DNA of 64,000 nucleotides from Candidatus Enterocloster excrementigallinarum (GTDB lineage Bacteria; Bacillota; Clostridia; Lachnospirales; Lachnospiraceae): NCBI GenBank assembly GCA_019119955.1, contig DWWB01000005.1, positions 52,240 to 116,239 of the forward strand, read 5' to 3'. Shown piece by piece: positions 58,653 to 64,000 of this stretch (position 1 is its first letter; each line of letters starts with the position of its first letter). The notes under the pieces were generated by a model. It saw only the letters and a program-made list of their open reading frames with translations, ran no database searches and was not told where the DNA came from. The position numbers and the translations under genes were made by a program.

Positions 58653-59897
58653 TCACCAGGACGACCCGTCGTCTTCTTCCCTTCGCCGCAGAATATCCCA
58701 GGGCTCTGGGGTAATTCCCAAATCCACCCACACAATCTGTCTTGCGTGGGGAGCGCTTTCCTGACTGCGGCCTTCCTCATCGTAAATTCCTTTTACCGAA
58801 ACCAGCAAGTTTTCCCCGGAGGGCTTCATCACCTCGATAGTCTCCCCCACAGAAAACTTGTTCTTCTGCTCAATACGGGCCCGGTCGGAAGAGTCTCTTT
58901 CCTGAACCGTACCCAGATAGGTGTAATTCTTATGATAGGTGCTGTTGTCGTAAATCTGGGAGTCCGATCCCGGCTTTCCAAAATAGAAGCCGGTAGAAAA
59001 TTCCCTGGTGGTGCATTTTCCAATTTCTTCTTTATACCACTCCAGATTTCTTCGATACAGATTCACGTCCTGTTTGCAGTCGTCGATGGCCTTCCGGTAG
59101 GTTCTGGTCACCGCCGCCACGTAAAGAGCCGTTTTCATTCTGCCCTCAATCTTAAAGCTGTCGATGCCCGATTCCAAAAGCTCCGGGATGTGCTCAATCA
59201 TGCACAGGTCCTTGGAATTAAAAATAAAGGTACCCCTGTCGTTTTCATACACCGGCATATATTCCCCGGGCCTGGTTTCCTCCACCACCGCGTACTTCCA
59301 GCGGCAGGGATGGGTGCAGGCTCCCTGATTGGCGTCTCTTCCCGTAAAATAGTTGCTCAAAAGGCAGCGGCCGGAGTAGGAAATGCACATGGCCCCGTGG
59401 ATAAAGCTTTCAATCTCCATGTCCTCCGGGATATTGCGGCGAATCTCCCGGATTTCCTCCAGGGAAAGCTCCCTGGCTGTTACCACCCGCCTGGCCCCCA
59501 GCTCATGCCAGAACCGGAAGGTGCCGTAATTGGTATTATTCGCCTGGGTACTGATGTGGATCTCCACCTGGGGGAGTACTTTTTTCGCAATATCAAAAAC
59601 TCCCGGGTCGGAGATAATCAGAGCGTCAGGCCCAATCTCCCCCAGCTCCTTAAAGTATTCCTCCACCCCCGGCAGGTCCTGATTATGGGCCAGAATATTG
59701 GCCGTTACATAAACTTTTACGCCCCGCTCATGAGCAAACTGAATTCCCTCCTTCATCTCTGAAAGAGAAAAATTATGGGCCTTGGCCCGAAGACCAAAGG
59801 CCTCACCGCCGATATAAACCGCATCCGCTCCATAAATCACTGCCGTTTTCAGTACGTCCAGGCTGCCTGCGGGAATCAGAAGCTCCGTATTTCTCAT
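58653..59897 (-). CDS. Peptidase U32 family protein (TrhP-like, tRNA U34 hydroxylation)
   Basis: ELLIPAGS, GADAVYIG, HISTQAN, HGAMCISYSGRCLLS..CTHPCRW, KIEGRMK. Confidence 0.88.
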   Translation of the reverse strand: MRNTELLIPAGSLDVLKTAVIYGADAVYIGGEAFGLRAKAHNFSLSEMKEGIQFAHERGVKVYVTANILAHNQDLPGVEEYFKELGEIGPDALIISDPGVFDIAKKVLPQVEIHISTQANNTNYGTFRFWHELGARRVVTARELSLEEIREIRRNIPEDMEIESFIHGAMCISYSGRCLLSNYFTGRDANQGACTHPCRWKYAVVEETRPGEYMPVYENDRGTFIFNSKDLCMIEHIPELLESGIDSFKIEGRMKTALYVAAVTRTYRKAIDDCKQDVNLYRRNLEWYKEEIGKCTTREFSTGFYFGKPGSDSQIYDNSTYHKNYTYLGTVQERDSSDRARIEQKNKFSVGETIEVMKPSGENLLVSVKGIYDEEGRSQESAPHARQIVWVDLGITPEPWDILRRREEDDGSSW

Positions 59898-60553
59898 AAG
59901 TCAATCCTTTCTTTCCGGGCGCTCAAGGCCACCCCGTCTCCAACTGTAAGAATCGCTGTTTCCAAAAGAGGACAGTGCTTCAATTCATACAGATACTCCC
60001 TCATCCGGCTGTGAATAGTCCGGTTTCTCCGTTCAATGGCAAACCGGGACTGTATCACATCCCCATCCTGAAGCACATTATCTGAGATCAAAAGGGCTCC
60101 CGGCTCCATCATAGGGAGGATTTTAGGAAGCCACCCCAGATACTGTCCCTTGGCCGCATCCATAAAGATCAAATCAAAGTGCTGGTGAGAAAGAGTATCC
60201 AGAATATGATCCGCATCCCCTTCCATCAAAGTAATCTTTTCCCCGACTCCTGCTCTGAGAAAATTTTTTCTGGCCTCTTCTATCCGCTTTTCATATTTTT
60301 CAATGGTAACAATGCGGCCATTCTGAGGCATAGCCTGGCACATCATCAATGCGGAATACCCAACCGCAGTTCCAATCTCCAAAATTTTTCCAGGCTTCGA
60401 AGCGTATATAAGGGTCCTCAGCAAAGCAGCCGTTTCCCTGCGGATAATGGGAATCCGGTCCCTGACCGCCTTCTTCTCAATTTCATCCAAAAGGCAGCCC
60501 TGGCCGGACTCCAGCGAATGAAGATAGTCTGTCATCCTGGGATCCGAAATCAT
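59894..60553 (-). CDS. O-methyltransferase (TrmR/YrrM-like)
   Basis: ILEIGTAVGYSA, FDLIFMDAAKGQY, LISDNVL, GDGVALS; adjacent to the U32 gene. Confidence 0.85.
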   Translation of the reverse strand: MISDPRMTDYLHSLESGQGCLLDEIEKKAVRDRIPIIRRETAALLRTLIYASKPGKILEIGTAVGYSALMMCQAMPQNGRIVTIEKYEKRIEEARKNFLRAGVGEKITLMEGDADHILDTLSHQHFDLIFMDAAKGQYLGWLPKILPMMEPGALLISDNVLQDGDVIQSRFAIERRNRTIHSRMREYLYELKHCPLLETAILTVGDGVALSARKERIDL

Positions 60554-60951
60554 TCTTCCTCGTCCTCCTGGCTTTCCGGCCTGGTATTTAATTCCTGAAG
60601 AATTTCCTTGGAAGTCATGGAAGTATTTAATTCGTAAGTGCCGGGGTAGAAAGTATCGTACTCATAAAATCGGCTCTGAAAAACAAAAGCAAATTCGTTG
60701 GTAATGAGCCCCTGATCCATCAGCAGGCCTGCCACATCGCTTGCCGAATCTCCCTCCTCGATCACCACCGTCCGGTCCACGCCCGGAGGCGGATCCACCG
60801 CCTCCTCGTAGAAAATGGCATGCCCGAAAGCGAACCCTCTGGTGATTCCCTCGTAAAGAATCAAAATCACAAGAGCGCAGGCAATCAGTTTGATGGAGAT
60901 TCGGATGATGGCCGTAGTCACTCTGTTTATATCATTGGTCGTATTGCTCAT
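60550..60951 (-). CDS. Short MltG/YceG N-terminal-like membrane protein
   Basis: N-terminal TM, IEEGDSASDVAGLL...GLI, PGTYELNTSMT..EIL; no catalytic lysozyme-like domain. Confidence 0.65.
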   Translation of the reverse strand: MSNTTNDINRVTTAIIRISIKLIACALVILILYEGITRGFAFGHAIFYEEAVDPPPGVDRTVVIEEGDSASDVAGLLMDQGLITNEFAFVFQSRFYEYDTFYPGTYELNTSMTSKEILQELNTRPESQEDEEE

Positions 60952-60972
60952 GATCAAATTCCTTTAACCGCT

Positions 60973-63030
60973 TTACACTTCCATAATAATCGGAAGAATC
61001 ATCGGACTGCGCTTCATCCGCTTCCACAAGAAATCACTCAAATCATCCCGGATGATATTTTTAATCTTGCCCCAATCGCTGACATGACGCTTCAGACAAT
61101 CAGCAACCGCTTCGGATACGACCGTGTGGGCTTCCTCCATCAGATCCTCGGACTCCCGTACATAGACGAAGCCTCTGGAAACAATGTCCGGTCCCGCTAA
61201 CAGTTGGTTGCTTCTCTTTTCCAGAGTCAGTACCACTACGATAATGCCGTTCTGCGCCAGATTCTGCCGGTCCCTCAGAACAATGTTTCCCACATCTCCT
61301 ACACCCAGGCCGTCTACCAATATTCCTCCGGCCTGAACATGGTCCACTACCTGGCAGCTGTCGTAATCGATAGCCAGCACATCGCCGGAGTTAATAATCA
61401 CCGTCCGCTCCGGATCCACGCCCATAAACTGGGCTAATTCCTTCTGCGCAATGCGATGCCGGTACTCGCCATGGATGGGAATCGCATATCTGGGATGGAT
61501 CAGTGAATAGATCAGCTTCAAATCCTCCTGACAGGCATGACCTGAAACATGGGTATCCTGGCAGATCACCTGCGCCCCCTTAATGGACAGCTCATTGATT
61601 ACATTGGATACTGCTTTTTCGTTTCCGGGAATCGGCGTGGAACTTAAAATCACCACATCCCCTGGCATGATGGATACTTTCTTGTGGATAGAAGCGGCCA
61701 TCCTGGACAGCGCCGCCATAGATTCTCCCTGGCTTCCCGTAGTAATCAGCACCGTGGATTCCGGCGGATAATTCTTCAGCTGCTCGATATCGATCAGCGT
61801 TCCCTCCGGTACCTTAATATAGCCCAGCTTGATAGCGATATCCATCACCGTTACCATACTGCGGCCCTCTACCACAACCTTCCGCCCATACTTGTAAGCC
61901 GTGTTCACAATCTGCTGCACCCGGTCCACATTGGAAGCAAAGGTAGCAACAATAATTCTCTGATGGGTATGTTCCCCGAAAATAGAATCAAAGGTTCTGC
62001 CTACCGTCCGTTCTGACATGGTAAAGCCCGGTCGGGTAGCGTTGGTACTGTCCGCCATCAAAGCCAGCACGCCCTTCTTCCCCAGTTCCGCAAAACGCTG
62101 CAGATCAATGGGATCACCGAACACCGGCGTATAATCAATCTTAAAGTCTCCCGTATGAAGAACAATGCCCGCCGGTGAAAAGATTGCCAGCGCTGCGGCA
62201 TCCTGAATGCTGTGATTGGTCTTAATAAACTCGACTTTAAAATTCCCGAGATTTACGGTCTGGCCAAAACGTACGACCTTCCGCTTGGTGTTCTTCAGCA
62301 TTCCCCGTTCTTCCAGCTTATGCTCAATCAATCCCATAGTCAGTTTTGTGGCATACACCGGTACATTAATCTGTTCCAACACATAGGGAAGGGCCCCGAT
62401 ATGATCCTCATGTCCATGGGTAATTACAAAAGCCTTGATCTTATCAAAATTGTTCTTCAGATAGGTAATATCCGGGATCACCAGATCAATTCCCAGCATA
62501 TCATCTCCCGGAAAGGCCATTCCACAGTCAACCACCACAATACTGTCGCCGTACTCGAAGGCAGTAATATTCATGCCGATCTGCTCTAAACCGCCTAATG
62601 GAATAATTTTCAGCTTTTCCTTATTTTCCGTTCCTTTTTTTGCGGAAGATCTGGCTGCTGTTTTGGCAGGAAGCTCCCGCCTCTTTCCGTTCTCATGAGC
62701 TCCTGTCTGAGAGCTTCGCTGTCCTCCGGTCTGGACAGCCCGCTGAACGGCCCCTCTCTTGGACTGTCCCTCATGATTCTGGTTCTGGCTTCTGGTATTC
62801 TGTGTTCTGCGGCGCGTAGTCCGAGCAGCCCCTTTGTCCTCAGAACTTTCCGCCGCAGTTTCCTTTGTCTTAGCCTCAGCTGCGATCCGGCGTCCTCTGG
62901 ACGGTGTCCTCCTTCTGGGGCGTTTTGTTTCCTGCACCGTGCCTTCCGTCTCTACTCGAACAGCTGCCCCTTGTTCTGCAGCCGTCAAAGCCGTCTCCTG
63001 TACTCCTTCATTCTGTTTTTCTAATTCCAA
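60973..63030 (-). CDS. rnj: Ribonuclease J with long N-terminal low-complexity extension
   Basis: KIIPLGGLEQIGMN, ITHGHEDHIG, HTGDFK, HVSGHA, PIHGEYRH, PMILPII; TTG 63030 after AGGAGG. Confidence 0.93.
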   Translation of the reverse strand: MELEKQNEGVQETALTAAEQGAAVRVETEGTVQETKRPRRRTPSRGRRIAAEAKTKETAAESSEDKGAARTTRRRTQNTRSQNQNHEGQSKRGAVQRAVQTGGQRSSQTGAHENGKRRELPAKTAARSSAKKGTENKEKLKIIPLGGLEQIGMNITAFEYGDSIVVVDCGMAFPGDDMLGIDLVIPDITYLKNNFDKIKAFVITHGHEDHIGALPYVLEQINVPVYATKLTMGLIEHKLEERGMLKNTKRKVVRFGQTVNLGNFKVEFIKTNHSIQDAAALAIFSPAGIVLHTGDFKIDYTPVFGDPIDLQRFAELGKKGVLALMADSTNATRPGFTMSERTVGRTFDSIFGEHTHQRIIVATFASNVDRVQQIVNTAYKYGRKVVVEGRSMVTVMDIAIKLGYIKVPEGTLIDIEQLKNYPPESTVLITTGSQGESMAALSRMAASIHKKVSIMPGDVVILSSTPIPGNEKAVSNVINELSIKGAQVICQDTHVSGHACQEDLKLIYSLIHPRYAIPIHGEYRHRIAQKELAQFMGVDPERTVIINSGDVLAIDYDSCQVVDHVQAGGILVDGLGVGDVGNIVLRDRQNLAQNGIIVVVLTLEKRSNQLLAGPDIVSRGFVYVRESEDLMEEAHTVVSEAVADCLKRHVSDWGKIKNIIRDDLSDFLWKRMKRSPMILPIIMEV

Positions 63031-63076
63031 ATTAATTCCTCCTGTTTTCATTCTATCAATCGCGCGCAAAAGCCAA

Positions 63077-63364
63077 TTAGTTTTCAAATTCCACATCCGC
63101 ATCCTCCAGCAGCTTTTCAAAGACGGAAAACACAGCATCCAGTTCCTTTTCGTCTTCTACAAATTCGTAAACTGCTTCCGGATCCTCAGCCTCGGACACA
63201 TCTTTTAAGATATAGCATTCTCCATCCTCATCTTCCGGCGCGTCCGTCACCAGCAGATAATTGGCTCCGTTTATCCGCGTTTCTTCCAACACATAAAAAT
63301 CAACAGATTCCCCTGAATCTGCGGTCATTTTAATTCTGCTCTTCTGTTTCTCTTCCTGATTCAT
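63077..63364 (-). CDS. DUF1292 family protein
   Basis: Acidic 95-aa protein (VDFYVLEET...YLLVTD...YILK...ELDAV..VFE) after ruvX. Confidence 0.8.
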   Translation of the reverse strand: MNQEEKQKSRIKMTADSGESVDFYVLEETRINGANYLLVTDAPEDEDGECYILKDVSEAEDPEAVYEFVEDEKELDAVFSVFEKLLEDADVEFEN

Positions 63365-63788
63365 TTCTATTGTTTTGATAGTCCAGATACCCCTGCAAAA
63401 TCAGGGCTGCGGCAATCTGATCTACCTTGTCCTTTCTTTTTTCCCTTCGGACGCCGCACTCCATCAAAACCCGGTCCGCCGCTACGGTGGACAAACGCTC
63501 ATCCCACAGGACAACCGGCAATCCCGTACGCCGCTCAAGACTCTCCTTAAATGCTTCCGTTTTCTTCACGCGGTCTCCTGCGGAATTGTTCATATTCTTA
63601 GGATAACCAAGTACAATCTGTTCAATCTCATATTCCCGAACTAATTCTTCTATTCTTGCCAATGTCCTGCGCAGCTTATTTTCCTCACTGCGGACAACAG
63701 TTTCCACCGTTTGGGCAGTGATACCTAAAGGATCGCAAACTGCCACCCCTACGGTTTTTGAGCCATAATCCAGCCCCATAATTCTCAT
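63330..63788 (-). CDS. ruvX: YqgF/RuvX family nuclease
   Basis: [52 protein letters not shown]. Confidence 0.93.
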   Translation of the reverse strand: MRIMGLDYGSKTVGVAVCDPLGITAQTVETVVRSEENKLRRTLARIEELVREYEIEQIVLGYPKNMNNSAGDRVKKTEAFKESLERRTGLPVVLWDERLSTVAADRVLMECGVRREKRKDKVDQIAAALILQGYLDYQNNRNESGRETEEQN

Positions 63789-63908
63789 ATTCAATTCATC
63801 TCCGCTTTCTGCCGCCAAAAGGAGGGGCGGACGGACACAACAAAACGGGCCCCTCTATCGCAGCCCTGTTATTTGCCCCCCGGCACAGACAAGTTTTCAC
63901 TCCTATGG

Positions 63909-64000
63909 TTAATCTGCCTTCAGCCTCGCCTGAATATATACAGCCATCAGTTCTTCCAGAATCTCATCACGCTCAACCTTCATAATCAAACTTCTGGCGC
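63909..64000 (-). CDS. IreB/ReoM (UPF0297) family protein, C-terminal fragment (5' partial)
   Basis: ARSLIMKVERDEILEELMAVY...stop; position upstream of ruvX matches conserved Firmicute synteny. Confidence 0.8.
   Translation of the reverse strand, partial: ARSLIMKVERDEILEELMAVYIQARLKAD

Overview
This looks like a chromosomal segment of a Lachnospiraceae-type gut Clostridium (Enterocloster/Lacrimispora/Hungatella-like, inferred from gene content). All calls come from motif recognition by eye; no database searches were run. Left end (1-9.3 kb): class II ribonucleotide reductase tail; a TetR gene divergent from an OPT transporter / D-aminoacylase / M18 aminopeptidase cluster; a LysR gene beside an FldZ-like 2-enoate reductase. 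9.3-33.8 kb: a co-oriented minus-strand surface-protein cluster (DUF6273-like protein, GLUG-type wall protein, small wall protein, Rpn nuclease, a 4839-aa SpaA/Cna-B protein, and a class B sortase fused to an upstream ORF). 34-48 kb: accessory genes around ppdK, namely an ART-like/FHA/ADP-ribosylglycohydrolase fusion, a TIR/channel pair, pilD, a second Rpn, and two paralogous wall proteins, one frameshifted at a G11 tract. 48.4-64 kb: housekeeping genes (two-component system, glyQS, recO, era, M16 peptidase, YdcF, U32/O-methyltransferase, rnj, ruvX, ireB). The best candidate for an undescribed system is the pair at 39.8-43.7 kb: a membrane-anchored SARM1-like TIR protein with an extracellular PDZ-like domain, directly upstream of a 2TM-RCK-RCK-RyR channel-like protein. 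No CRISPR array, rRNA, tRNA, integrase, relaxase or reverse transcriptase was seen.
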